Part shown: positions 1 through 13,365 of the stretch, one piece after another
Layout of the letters: every line of letters begins with the position of its first letter
Position numbering within the stretch: position 1 is the stretch's first letter
Source: Octopus vulgaris
Lineage: Eukaryota
Assembly (NCBI GenBank): GCA_951406725.2
Contig: OX597814.1
Location: 2,728,001-2,792,000, forward strand
Direction of reading: 5' to 3'
DNA length: 64,000 nucleotides
Notes under the pieces: generated by a model
Databases searched by the model: none
What the model was told of the DNA's origin: nothing
What the model saw: only the letters and a program-made list of their open reading frames with translations
Program-made: the position numbers and the translations under genes

Positions 1-239
1 AACGAATCGAATCGAATCGACGAAAGGGATTTCTCCTTGTGTAGTTGTCTTGTACTGTTTTTTCGTTGTTAAAAAAATGGTCCGTTCCATGCTGTTTTTA
101 CTTTTTCGTTTCTCGTTGAGTTCTACGTTTATTTGTGGTGTCCTGTACACACGTATATATATTTATATATGCATGTATATATACATGTAGATGTAGGTAC
201 GTACGTATATGTTTGTATGTATGCATATATTTTATTTAT

Positions 240-285
<46 letters not shown>

Positions 286-286
286 G

Positions 287-354
<68 letters not shown>

Positions 355-539
355 GATAGTTATATATATATGTGTACATATTTGTATGTGTATGTGTGTA
401 TGTATCTGCATATACATTATGGATATATCTATATATATATTTATATAGATGTGTATATGTATGTATGAATGTATATATATGTATGTAAATATGTGTGTGT
501 GATTGTGTGTGTGTTTGTGTTTGTGCATATGTTCTCGCT

Positions 540-890
540 TTTAAGATATGCATTATACTCTAAGCAAAAATATACTGGTCTGTTTTGCGTTGGTTTTTCG
601 ACTCCACGTCTCTCATTGTCTGCTATTGTCGAAATGGCAGACATTTTGCCGTTAACTATGAAGCGATTTTCCATTTATCTACCAGCGCCAAAGAGAAAAC
701 AGAGTTTTACAATTTGCAAGGAAAACGAGGCAGAGATTATTACTGGACACGTGGCCAACTTCAAGGTTTGTAGGGGCTGCAATCATCGTATGGAAGGTGA
801 ATCTATAACTGCGGCTGTTAGCCGTCATTTGTGTAACGTACAGCCGATGCGTGGAGTTTATTGTTGTGGCCAAGACAACGCTAGGAATTA
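540..890 (+). pseudogene. Possible highly decayed Tc1/mariner-type transposase fragment
   Basis: Frame-shifted peptides FAVNYEAIFHL and KQSFTICKENEAEIITGHV resemble the first-D motif (ILFSDEATFHL..QNFRIW..ENP.EI) of mariner-like transposases; recognised by eye only. Confidence 0.3.
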
Positions 891-961
891 ATATGAACCG
901 GAAAAACAATACCATGACGAAAGTATCATACATTTGACTTTTCCGTATAATGTATACGATA

Positions 962-1344
962 GGAGGCGCAATGGCCCAGTGGTTAGGGCAACGGACTCGC
1001 GGTCATAGGATCGCGGTTTCGATTCCCAGACCGGGCGTTGTGAGTGTTTATTGAGCGAAAACACCTAAAAGCTCCACGAGGCTCCAGCAGGGGATGGTGG
1101 TGATCCCTGCTGTACTCTTTCACCACAACTTTCTGTCACTCTTACTTCCTGTTTCTGTTGTACCTGTATTTCAAAGGACCGGCCTTGTCACTCTCTGTGT
1201 CACGCTGAATATCCCCGAGAACTACGTTAAGGGTACACGTGTCTGTGGAGCGCTCAGCCACTTACACGTTAATTTCACGAGCAGGCTGTTCCGTTGATTC
1301 GGATCAACCGGAACCCTCATCGTCGTAACCGACGGAGTGCTTCC
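962..1344 (+). mobile_element. tRNA-derived SINE, head A (GGAGGCGCAATGGCCCAGTGG) + tail X
   Basis: A box TGGCCCAGTGG, B-box-like GGTTTCGATTCC; same head at 34671, 59807-60178 and 60205-60479; tail ends GTCGTAACCGACGGAGTGC. Confidence 0.85.
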
Positions 1345-1385
1345 ATCCATACCGTAAAAGTAAGAGAAAAGGCATATTTGGCAAT

Positions 1386-1699
1386 CCGTCGATTACAATG
1401 ATACCGGTTCCAGTTCATGCGATCGACGGAACAGTCTGCTTGGGAAATTAACGTGCAAGTGGCCGAGTGCTCCACAGACACGCGTACCCAAAAACCTAGT
1501 TCTCAGTGGGATCCAGCGCCACATAGATTGAGACAAGGCCGGCCATTTGAAACACAGGTACAACTCAATTTTGCAGCTGATGGGACTGGGGCAATGTGGA
1601 ATTAAGTGTCTTGCTAAGGGACATAATGCACCAGCAGAAATCGAACACATTACGTTACGATTGTGACCCGAATAGCCTAACCACTAGGCCACGCGCCTT
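1386..1699 (-). mobile_element. tRNA-derived CORE-like SINE, head B + tail X
   Basis: Minus strand reads AGGCGCGTGGCCTAGTGGTTAGG...GTCCCTTAGCAAGACACTT; tail homologous to that of 962-1344. Confidence 0.8.
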
Positions 1700-1701
1700 C
1701 C

Positions 1702-1873
1702 CGGAGCGGCTGTATGTTAAGAAGCTTGCGTCCCAAAAGAATGGTTCCAGGCTCAGCCCCACTGCGTGATAGCTTGAGCAAGTGCCTTCTACTATAGCCT
1801 CGGGCCGACCAAAGCCTTGTGAGTGGATCTGGCGGACGGAAACTGAAAGAAGCACATCGTATAAGTATATATG

Positions 1874-1905
<32 letters not shown>

Positions 1906-1915
1906 TGTATGTATG

Positions 1916-1949
<34 letters not shown>

Positions 1950-2292
1950 TGTATGTATGTATGTATGTATGTATGTATATGTGTATGTATGTATGTATGT
2001 ATGCATGTATGTATGCATGTATGTATGTATGTATGTATGTATGTATGTATGTATGTATGTATGTATGTATGTATGTATGTATGTATGTATGTATGTATGC
2101 ATTTATGTATGTATGTATATGTTTATGTGTCTGCGTTTGTAAGTCCAATTTCTCTTGACGATCAATGCTGGTGTGTTTAGGTCCCCATAAACTAGCGGTT
2201 CGGCAAAAGCGACCGATAGAAAAAGTACTTGGCTTACAAAGAATAATTCCTGGGGTCAAATGACTGACACTAGTAAAAGAATAGAAGAACAA
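1702..2292 (+). mobile_element. Dominant bipartite SINE with internal (TATG)n
   Basis: 5' half CTATAGCCTCGGGCCGACCAAAGCCTTGTGAGTGGA, internal microsatellite ~1865-2115, 3' half GCGGTTCGGCAAAAG.GACCGATAG. Confidence 0.85.
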
Positions 2293-2383
2293 AAGAATAC
2301 ATGAATGGCGATTTCGAGCAATTTCAACGTTTAGTTATTCTGTTAGACGCGGACGTGGGTATTCATTCCTGCTAAAGACCTAC

Positions 2384-2417
2384 ATGATGATGATGATGAT
2401 GATGATGATGAAGGTAT

Positions 2418-2448
<31 letters not shown>

Positions 2449-2453
2449 GGTAT

Positions 2454-2500
<47 letters not shown>

Positions 2501-2552
2501 TTGATGATGAAGGTATTGATGATGATGATGATGATGTTGATGATGAAGGTAT

Positions 2553-2614
<62 letters not shown>

Positions 2615-2627
2615 CTGATGCTGATGC

Positions 2628-2680
<53 letters not shown>

Positions 2681-2707
2681 GTGATGATGCTGATGATGAT
2701 GAGGATG

Positions 2708-2739
<32 letters not shown>

Positions 2740-2795
2740 GGTGGGTGTGGTGAGACTAGTCATCATCATCATCACCATCATCATCAACACCATCG
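2384..2795. repeat. (ATG)n trinucleotide array followed by a short inverted (CAT)n
   Basis: Direct reading; explains the poly-Met ORF. Confidence 0.95.
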
Positions 2796-2841
2796 TTCTC
2801 ATCTTCATCTGTGCATACGTATACGATGTGACACGTGCGTT

Positions 2842-2883
<42 letters not shown>

Positions 2884-3504
2884 TCGTTCACACATACATA
2901 TTTGTGCATGTATATATATAGGGACACAGACGGAGCAGCATGAAGATATACGTATGCGCCCTTGCAGCAGCCATTCTGCGCACTTTGATATTTGTCTTCA
3001 TTCCATCATGGAATTTTTCATTGAATTTCTTTCTTTTTTTTAATACTTTTCCGGCTACGCCAAGATATATTATGCAACAAAAGAGAATTATTAAGAAAGA
3101 TGTCAAAAATCAAGCGATGCCCACGTTTGAAGCTTTTTAAAAGGAAGAAGGGCTTAGCACAGAACAAGCCCCACTTTTTCAAGATCAACAACATATGCAT
3201 TTTCCCTAAAACAAGAATTAGTCTGAATCATGGGATGCAACCGAAATCACAGGAATAAAATCAGAGCTTCCTCCTCAAAGAAAGATGCCTAAACAGAGAT
3301 TAGGGATTTCTCACTAACAGCTGTTTGGGGCCATTGAGGATTCTACGTTCATCCGGACTTTCACATGTTCTGTCCTTCGTCCTGTAGAATGTCCCCAGAA
3401 AGCTACACTCAGTGCCATGCAGGCTTCATACGGTCGGGCACCGGTAGACCATCAGTGCGATAGGTTGTAATGGATTATATATTACTAGCTGCATTAAAAA
3501 TGCA

Positions 3505-4211
3505 CGCATACATACATACATATACACACGATCGTATATACGCACACACAGATACATTCATGCATACATACATACATACATATATATATATATATACATA
3601 TATACATACATACACATATGCACACACACACATACATACATACATACATACATACATACATACATACATAGACACACACACCCGTGCATACATACATATA
3701 TACGTACGCTCACATAAATGCATACATACATGCATGTATACATGCGAACATGCATTTATACATACTTACATACACACACACACAAACGTAAATACGTACA
3801 CACACATATGCATGCATACATACTTACATTCACGCGCACACACACACATGCATACATATACACATACATGCATACACACACATACATACATACATACATG
3901 CATACAAGCATACATGCATGTCTTCATACATACTTACATACATACACATACATACATGCATACATACATGCATACATATATGCATGCATATATACATACA
4001 TACTTGCATTCATACATACATGCATGCATACATACATATTCATACACACATATATACATACATGTATGCATACATGCATACATGCATACATACCTACCTA
4101 CATACATACATTCATACATTCATACATGCATGTATACATACATACATACATGCACACATGCATACATACATGCATACATACAAACATACATCCATACATT
4201 CATACACACAT
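3505..4211. repeat. Degenerate (CATA)n/(CA)n microsatellite
   Basis: Direct reading. Confidence 0.9.
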
Positions 4212-4212
4212 A

Positions 4213-4613
4213 GGCGCAGGGGTGGCTGTGTGGTAAGTAGCTTGCTAACCAGCCACATGGTTCCGGGTTCAGTCTCACTGCGTGGCATCTTGGGCAAGTG
4301 TCTTCTGCTATAGCCCCGGGCCGACCAATGCCTTGTGAGTGGATTTGGTAGACAGAAACTGAAAGAAGCCCGTTTTATATATGTATATATATATATGTAT
4401 GTGTTTGTGTGTCTGTGTTTGTACCCCTAGCATTGCTTGACAACCGATGCTGGTGTGTTTACTTCCCCATCACCTAGCGATTCGGCAAAAGAGACCAATA
4501 GAATAAGTACTAGGCTTACAAAGAATAAGTACCGGAGTCGATTTGCTCGACTAAAGGCGGTGCTCCGGCATGGCCGCAATCAAATGACTGAAACAAGTAA
4601 AAAAAAAAAAAAA
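4213..4613 (+). mobile_element. Dominant bipartite SINE, full length
   Basis: GGCGCAGGGGTGGCTGTGTGG head, CORE-like CTTGGGCAAGTGTCTT, tail GGCGGTGCTCCGGCATGGCCGC...TGACTGAAAC. Confidence 0.92.
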
Positions 4614-5261
4614 ATACATACATACATTCATGTCGCCCATGAACTTCATTCCTCAAAAACTCGATTCCTAGGGTCCACACGAAATAAAATAATAACAAAC
4701 AAAGAAAAAACCGGAGGTTCATGTTGACATCACAAGACTTATTATACAATCATTTAAAGCTAGTTTCTAATATTTTACCATTTCGCCATAAAATAAATAC
4801 CGCAAAATGAAGCTTAATTTTCTTTCCAAGATGACTGTAGAAATTCTCATTAAGCACAGCCTTTGCTGGCACCGCCAGATTTCCGCCCTCTATTCCGACC
4901 TCACCCGCCCTGATGGCTCACCTAAATTTACGGAAGATCTAATTTATAAGACAGCACGCCGATTTTGCCTGACCCCCGCACCTTGCACGAATATTTACTG
5001 TTTTAACAAAACTGGCGCACAGAGTAATTTCCTTTGAGAAACACAATCCCTCTTTATTTATCTTTAAGACTTGGTTTAACGGTAATGAATACATAAATTA
5101 ATTAAGGCAATTACAAAAAACAAATAAACAGTAACACTTTAATAAATCTAAAGTTAATTTCACTTTATCAGCGTTTTTCTTTTATAGATGTCACTCTTTC
5201 TCTCACTTTTCTCTCTCTCTCTCTCTCTCACTAGATATATATGTGTGTATGTGTGTGTATG

Positions 5262-5328
<67 letters not shown>

Positions 5329-5353
5329 TATATATATAACACACACAGATATA

Positions 5354-5410
<57 letters not shown>

Positions 5411-5536
5411 TCACATATATAATATGTGCATGTATATATACACATACACATATGTTCATACGTACATCGCCATGATTGACCGATAACTCCAAACGATTAT
5501 TTTTTTTATTCTCCCTCTGCTTGTTTCCTCATATTC

Positions 5537-5572
5537 CTTTCTGTTGAAGAGCGTAGGCTCGAAACGTAAAAG
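5537..5572 (+). ncRNA. Minimal type I hammerhead motif with mutated core (A6>U), in a Penelope-like mini-element (~5490-5665)
   Basis: CTTT-CTGTTGA-A-GAGC gtag GCTC-GAAAC-GTA-AAAG; homologous to 34495-34530. Confidence 0.6.
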
Positions 5573-5709
5573 ACTTTCTCACCTTCCCGAGCGTCATCTA
5601 ATACACCTGTTTGTTGTTTATACACCTGTGTTTGTCTTTTGCTTTTCGGTAAATTTCAACTATATGTATATATATATATTATGTGTATGTGTATTTGTAT
5701 TTGTGTGTG

Positions 5710-5753
<44 letters not shown>

Positions 5754-5824
5754 TGTGTGTAACTTATATTTTGTCGGCATAAGAATGAATAAATAGAAAT
5801 TGTTTGTTAATAATATGGACTCAT

Positions 5825-5948
<124 letters not shown>

Positions 5949-6064
5949 GTATATATACATATATATAAGTGTGTGTGTGTGTGTGTATACAACTGAGTGT
6001 ACGTTCAATTCCGTGCTAGGGATACGCGTGCATATAAATGCACAGACTTTTCTCTCGCTTTCTT

Positions 6065-6112
<48 letters not shown>

Positions 6113-6169
6113 GATATATATATATATATATATACATATATACACTCATACTTATATATATATATGTGT

Positions 6170-6207
<38 letters not shown>

Positions 6208-6484
6208 GTGTGTAAAATAGAAGCTAAATCAAATGTCCTCAAGTCTATGTATATATATATATATATATATATGTTCGCATGTGGGCATGTATGTATGTAT
6301 ATGCATACAGATACGTGTGCGCGTGGCATCGAGAGTAGGTATGAGAATAAGTACAGCTGCGTGCGCGTGTGCACTTGTGTATGCGTTTGTGTACGTGTGT
6401 TTGTGTGTTTGTGTGTGTGTGTGTGTGTGATTGCTAAATGTTACGTCTATGCATATGCTTCAAAGGTTATATGTATAAATGTAT

Positions 6485-6607
<123 letters not shown>

Positions 6608-7153
6608 GCATGTATGTATATACGTATATCAGGAAATTGTTTATACATATATATAAGCTTAGCTTATTTATTTCCATACATACAAACAATCATACATACA
6701 TACATAGATACATACATATATGAGTATATATGTATACAGACATATATATATATACATACATACATACATACATACATACATACATACATACATACATACA
6801 TACATACATACATACATACACATACATACATACATACATACATACATACATACATACACACATACATACATACACACATATATACATACATAGATGCTTG
6901 ATGTCTGTTAATTTATTTATCGTAGTAGAATTTCCTGTTGATGTCAAAAAATAAATCAACCCAAAAAAGAAACAAATATAAAGACAAAAACAAAAATAAT
7001 GGATGAAAATATAAGTAAATAAATAAATAAATAAACAACACCCCCGAATTTCATTTGTACAAAACAAAAGAGAACAATGTGTGTGTGTGTGTGTGATGTT
7101 GTGTGTGCACGCGTGTGTGTGAATATGCATTTATATACATGAATATATATACA

Positions 7154-7254
<101 letters not shown>

Positions 7255-7344
7255 GCACACACAGACACACCAACGTTTTGAGCGTGCCATTAGTGAATAC
7301 ACTCACACGTACACTCACACACAGAGAATTATGAGTGGGTGATG

Positions 7345-7420
<76 letters not shown>

Positions 7421-8449
7421 TGTGTGTGTATGTGTGTGTATGTGTGTGTATGTGTGTGTATGTGTGTGTGTGTTTGCGTGTATGTATATATGCTTATATA
7501 TATATATATATGTGTGTATGTATATATACATGTAAATACGTACACACACACACATACACTTACACATACGCACACAAACTCCTACATTTAAGACCGACAA
7601 CAACAGAAATATCAGAAATAAACCAAAAAGTAAAAAAGCAAACAAAATGTTAAAATGAAAAAAAAAAAAATCACACAAGATCGTGAATAATAGATACATT
7701 GTTTCGACAAAAAAAAAAACATTCTCTAAGTATTAGAGACATTTTGAGCCAAGCTAGCCTAAAAACTCATTGCAATGATGTTTAGCTGAAAGATTCAGTT
7801 ACATAATGGAGACTTATAAAGGCAGGAACTGTTTTTAACAGTTTCCCATCTGACTTTGTCGCCTATATTTTGGTAAATAATTAAAGAACAGCTTTATATT
7901 TGCTTCCTTTTTACTCTATCGTCGCGTAATATATATTTTCAGTCTTGTTTGTTACAATGTTACTGTTCTCGTTCTTTCATTCACATATTCACTGGCTCTG
8001 AGGTTTGGAAGGTTATGGGTGGCATGAAAATATATACAAGAATATTAAAAAAATATAAAAAATGAGAAAGAAAGAGAAGGAATCTAAAGTGTATAAGTTT
8101 CGTAGAATAAAGAATTTTATAGAAACACCTTAAGATGTTATGAGTGACAGAGCTGTGAAGAATGGTGAAATAATTCTTCGTTGCCACTTGGCGAATATGA
8201 TTCATCAGAAATCTATTTTGGCGGCGGAAAAACGGAAATATCTATACAGTAAATCATACATAATACTCTAACTTGTTTACGGCCCTTAATCAGTCCTGAT
8301 ACGAAAGTCTTTCGAAACACGAAACGAAAGACTTTCCAGGCGTGACCATCACCTCTGATACGTATATTTTAGCCTACATGATCTGTTGTAGCCTTTCTTT
8401 CCATTTTTTATACGATGGATGGTATGATAAATATATATATATATACATA

Positions 8450-8852
8450 GGCGCAGGAGTGGCTGTGTGGTAAGTAGCTTGCTTGCCAACCATATGGTTC
8501 CGGGTTCAGTAACACTGCGTGGCATCTTGGGCAAGTGTCTTCTACTATAGCCCCGGGCCGACCAAAGCCTTGTGAGTGGATTTGGTAGACGGAAACTGAA
8601 AGAAGCCTGTCGTATATATGTATATATATATATATGTATATATGTATGTGTGTGTGTCTGTGTTTGTGTGTCTGTGTTTGTCCCGCTAGCATTGCTTGAC
8701 AACCAATGCTGGTGTGTTTACGTCAACGTCACTTTGCGGTTCGGCAAAAGAGACCGATAGAATAAGTAGTGGGCTTACAAAAGAATAAGTCCCGGGGTCC
8801 AGTTGCTCGATTAAAGGCGGTGCTCCAGCATGTAAAAGAGTAAAGAGTAAAA
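8450..8852 (+). mobile_element. Dominant bipartite SINE, near full length
   Basis: GGCGCAGGAGTGGCTGTGTGG head to (GTAAAAGA)n tail. Confidence 0.92.
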
Positions 8853-9215
8853 GATTATATATATATATGTATGTGTGTGTGTGTGTGTATGTGTGTGTAT
8901 GTATGTATGTATCTATCTATTAATCTATATATGTATCTATTTATATATATGCATACATACACACACATATGTATACACAAATATATGCATAAATATACAT
9001 TTGTATATATATATACACACAAAACTGATGAAGGGTCGTTCTCCGTGTTACTTGTCCTGTTTTCCCTTCTTATGTTTGCGCATTTAACTCATTTGTTTTC
9101 GTATTCATGTTGTTTACACAGTTGGTGATGTCTTCTGTACCCATACTATGCATATATATATATAACACCCATATAAATATGTGTGTCTATGTAGTTACAT
9201 AGCTGCATATACATC

Positions 9216-9414
9216 CCCGGGCGAAATGCTTAGCGGTATTTCGTCTGTCGTTACGTTCTGAGTTCAAATTCCGCCGAGGTTGACTTTGCCTTTCATCCTC
9301 TCGGGGTCGATAAATAAAGTACCAGTTACGCACTGGGGTTCGATGTAATTGACTTAATCCCTTTGTCTGTCCTTGTTTGTCCCCTCTATGTTTAGCTCCT
9401 TGTGGGTAGTAAAG

Positions 9415-9418
<4 letters not shown>
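9216..9418 (+). mobile_element. SINE with Meta-like central domain, 5' truncated
   Basis: GAGTTCAAATTCCGCCGAGGTTGACTTTGCCTTTCATCCTCTCGGGGTCGATAAATAAAGTACCAG. Confidence 0.85.
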
Positions 9419-9500
<82 letters not shown>

Positions 9501-9506
<6 letters not shown>

Positions 9507-10147
9507 ATAATCAAAAAGGGGTAATAACATAGATTACTACCAGTGGCCCAGCACAAAAGACGAATTAGTCATTAGACAAAATATTATTCATATAGAAAAA
9601 TATTATTCATATAGAAATATAATTAAGGGCTCCTAAATAAGGATACCAAGTGCTAGGGACACAAAAAAGGGATAAATTCATCGAGAGTGAAAATCAAAAA
9701 CATTTACCATTAACGATACATCTCGGACTGATCAGTTTCTACCTCTTTCTAGCAAAACAGACAGAATATGTTTGCTAAGGCCGGTTTCATCAGCGAGACG
9801 CCTTTGTTAATTCGAGATGCGCAGAGCGTTAGACCATGTGTTGATCTAAACAACTTGTAAATCTTAACTTTTCAAACCTCTTCGCAGACGCAAAATCTAC
9901 CCGGTGATATAGGGCATGCCGGGAAAAAATTTTACAAACAAATCTATCAAGTAATATGTGAATATAATCAAAAAAGGGTAATAATATGGATTACTACCAG
10001 TGACCCAGCACAAAAGACGAATTAGTCATTAGACAAAATATTATTCATATAGAAATATAATTAAGGGCTCCTAAATATGGATGCAAGTGCTAGGGGCACA
10101 AAAAAAGGATAAATTCATCGATTGAAAATCAAAAGCATTAACATTTA

Positions 10148-10201
<54 letters not shown>

Positions 10202-10345
10202 TAATAAATAAAATATATGCATACATACATACATATACTAAGGGCTATATAAAGAAGGATGCCAAGGACACCACAAATGCTAGGGATACAAAAAAGGGAT
10301 AAATTCATCGAGAGTAAAACAAACTCAAAAACATTTACCATTGTA
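9501..10345 (-). mobile_element. Penelope-like/retrozyme remnant with ~200-bp direct repeats
   Basis: Repeats at 9501-9710 and 9958-10150 (offset 457) plus a partial copy at ~10255-10342; hammerhead between them; decayed RLRR..IYKLFRSTHGL motif resembling the Penelope GIY-YIG C-terminus. Confidence 0.65.
9719..9800 (-). ncRNA. Type I hammerhead ribozyme motif, intact core
   Basis: Minus strand CGTCTCG-CTGATGA-A-[ACC..TTAGCAAA..TTTGCTAG..GGT]-A-GAAA-CTGATCAG-TC^-CGAGATG; stem I 7 bp; palindromic stem III ACTGATCAGT; GUC site. Confidence 0.75.
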
Positions 10346-10431
<86 letters not shown>

Positions 10432-10547
10432 GCATTGGTATCTAGAAGGCCCAATGAGTGTCGGGTAGCACTAAGTGCTCTTCGTTCGATAGTGATACGA
10501 GTGAGGATTCTAATGTGGGTCTTGTATTAGCATGCATATAATATATT

Positions 10548-11146
10548 AGACAGAATGAGATAACAAAGCCAAGGCTGTGAGGAGTTTTCAAGACATTTAC
10601 ATTGGAAAAGATATAGACATAGTCTTACAGCTGTTCCTGGGATATTATGGAACGATGAGTTCGAAATAAGGAATTATTATGGAAATAAGAGAAGGAAAGT
10701 AGAAATGAAAACATAAAATATATAAAGATATTGAAGTTGCAGTTCCATTATTCGAGGAAAATGGTGTATAGAAGTGGTAAAAAGTTTCCTGGACATGGTA
10801 TGTAAGTTCCAATAATAGTTCATGTTTAGTCATTTCAAAGCCGTGGATTCTGTGTTCCTCATTCGAAAGGGTCTTTTGGTGTCAACTAGAATGTATTTAT
10901 ATATTTCATATTTTCATTTCTACTTTCCCTCTCTTATTTCCCACCATATTCCTTATCTCCCCTTTTTTCGTAATAATTCCTTATTTCGAACTCAAATATT
11001 TACCTCTTTATAACCATCTCACATCGTCTCTGATGAAGGGATATCCATAATATCCCAGAAACAGCTGTAAGACTATATCTATACCTTTTTCCTTATAAAT
11101 GTCCTGGAAACTCCTCACGGCCTTGGCTTTGTTATCTCATTTTGTC
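10548..11146. mobile_element. Penelope-like remnant with inverted pseudo-LTR copies
   Basis: 10548-10725 is a deleted reverse complement of 10897-11146; flanked by TA-rich repeats. Confidence 0.7.
11026..11073 (+). ncRNA. Type I hammerhead ribozyme motif, intact core
   Basis: GTCT-CTGATGA-A-GGGATAT ccata ATATCCC-A-GAAA-CAGCTG-TA^-AGAC. Confidence 0.75.
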
Positions 11147-11155
11147 TTATATATA

Positions 11156-11187
<32 letters not shown>

Positions 11188-11322
11188 CGTATGTATGTAT
11201 GTATGTATGTATGTATACGCAACAACATATGTAAACAAACTTTTTGTTTTAGAAGCGTCGAATTTGTATCGACCGAAGACTTGGGAGTGGATTTCGTAGA
11301 CGGAAACTGAAAGAAGCCTGTC

Positions 11323-11419
<97 letters not shown>

Positions 11420-11420
<1 letters not shown>

Positions 11421-11584
11421 CGACTAGCTTCTTTCAGTTTCTATCTACCAAATCCACTTACAAGGCTTTGGTTACCCCACGGCTGTTGGAGAACACACTT
11501 GTCCAAGGTGTCACACAGTTGGTTTGAACCCGGAACCATGTGGTTGGGAAGCAAACATTTTACCACACCGCTACGCCTGCACCT
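11420..11584 (-). mobile_element. Dominant SINE 5' half (diverged); small + strand fragment at ~11270-11323
   Basis: GCTTCTTTCAGTTTC..CCAAATCCACT..CAAGGCTTTGGT. Confidence 0.8.
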
Positions 11585-12219
11585 CTAAAAGGAGAAAAAA
11601 TATATATCAGTTATACTGCTTCATTAGTTGATTGGTACCAGAGGAGACAAACTAGAGAATGTCTGAGATTGGATCCGAAAGACAAAAATGTTCTCATACA
11701 GGGCACGTACTAATCATTGAGACATTTCACTATTTCTTCCCGAAACGTTTCTAAACCTAGCTTTCAATCTGAAACCCTATACAGACATAAATTCTTCCAT
11801 GTACACCCTTAACCCTTAACCCTTCAGTGTTGGAAGGTAGTTGAAGAATACAACCAAGTACTTCCGGTGAATGACACACCGATCTCTTGTTTGCTCAATG
11901 TCTCTGCTTTCTCTATAAAACTACGTTTAAAGCACCGAAGATGGTTGGCACCGAAGATGTTTGGCACCAAAGATTAAAATCCCTCTCTCCCACACGTCCA
12001 CTACCCATCGCCTTCTTTTACTAATTTTTAGATGCCACCCACATTGACTGCAGCTTTAAATGTTTCGAACAGAAAATTGAACAAGTCTAGAATGAAATTT
12101 TCTACATACAGACACACACATACAAAACTGCATAATGTATATGTATATGTATGTATATGTATGTATGTATGAACGTACGTACGTTTGTATGTATGTATAT
12201 ATGTATGCATGTATATATG

Positions 12220-12325
12220 TCATTATTCAGTCTATTTTAAAATTTCTTGCCAATAGAGAAAGAACCGGTTTCTAACCTAGATCCAAGGTTCCTTCATTGG
12301 AATTTCAACATTAGCAACAGGGTAT
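12220..12325 (-). mobile_element. ~105-bp repeat with degenerate hammerhead-like motif, in (TACA)n
   Basis: Minus strand CCAATGAAGGAACCTTGGATCTAGGTTAGAAACCGGTT; copies at 20200-20305, 46212-46315 and 51072-51135. Confidence 0.6.
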
Positions 12326-12338
12326 GTCTGTATGTATG

Positions 12339-12427
<89 letters not shown>

Positions 12428-12912
12428 TTTAAAAATATAAGTTTATGAAAATAAACATACAAATTTCCGCACGAATGCACGTAGTCTATGCCCTAGGGAC
12501 ATAACTTCAACCGTGTTCTTTCTGATGTGAATTTGCTACCCATGTATCGGTTATCTTTCGAATTATCCTTAATAAGATAATTCATTCAACTACTCAAATA
12601 TATAAATATATATATATAATGGACGCGTATATACGAGTGCACACACACTACCTAAGCATATATATATATGTGCATGTGTGAGTGTTTTAGTATGAGTGTG
12701 CGTCTGTGTGAGTGTGTCCTTCTGCTACTTTCGTTCAATGGACTGTAGGGAGACGAAGATACCACCTTCAAAAGTTTTCAGTCGACTATATCGATCCAAA
12801 TGCGTATGAGATATCATTTGCCGAATTGCTAAGTGACGGCACATAAACATAATTGTAGTTTACTTTAACCGGTGTGTATGTAAAGACGGACACTTTACGC
12901 TTATTCATATGC

Positions 12913-12962
<50 letters not shown>

Positions 12963-12967
<5 letters not shown>

Positions 12968-13235
12968 TAAATTAAGGTATCTACGAGATACCACCATGCT
13001 GAAAATAGCAGCCATGATCTGACACTAAAACTGCCTTAATTGTCCATATATCAACACGGAGAGACAATTAAGGTGGTTTTAGAGTCAGATCATGGCTGCT
13101 ATTTTCAGCATGGTGGTATCTCGTAAATACCCTAATTTATAATTTTAATAATTATTACCTTTGAAGGTTATTTTTTCCATGTTGACCATTTGATAAAATC
13201 GTTATTTTATTTTTAAATTGACGATCTTATCCTTA
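12963..13235. mobile_element. Fold-back element in (TA)n
   Basis: ~82-bp inverted arms 12963-13044 / 13063-13144 plus a unique 3' extension; second copy at 22737-23024. Confidence 0.75.
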
Positions 13236-13309
13236 TTTATATAAATTTATATATATATACATTCACACACACACACACATATATACGCACGTCTGTGTGT
13301 GTATATATA

Positions 13310-13365
<56 letters not shown>

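Noticed and set aside
962-1035. tRNA gene-like sequence
   Set aside because: SINE head that continues into the SINE body and recurs with mutations
2384-3043. 219-aa poly-Met ORF
   Set aside because: (ATG)n microsatellite
8295-8340. Hairpin with nearby CTGATAC and GAAAC
   Set aside because: Core order and stems do not fit a hammerhead; isolated 12-bp stem only
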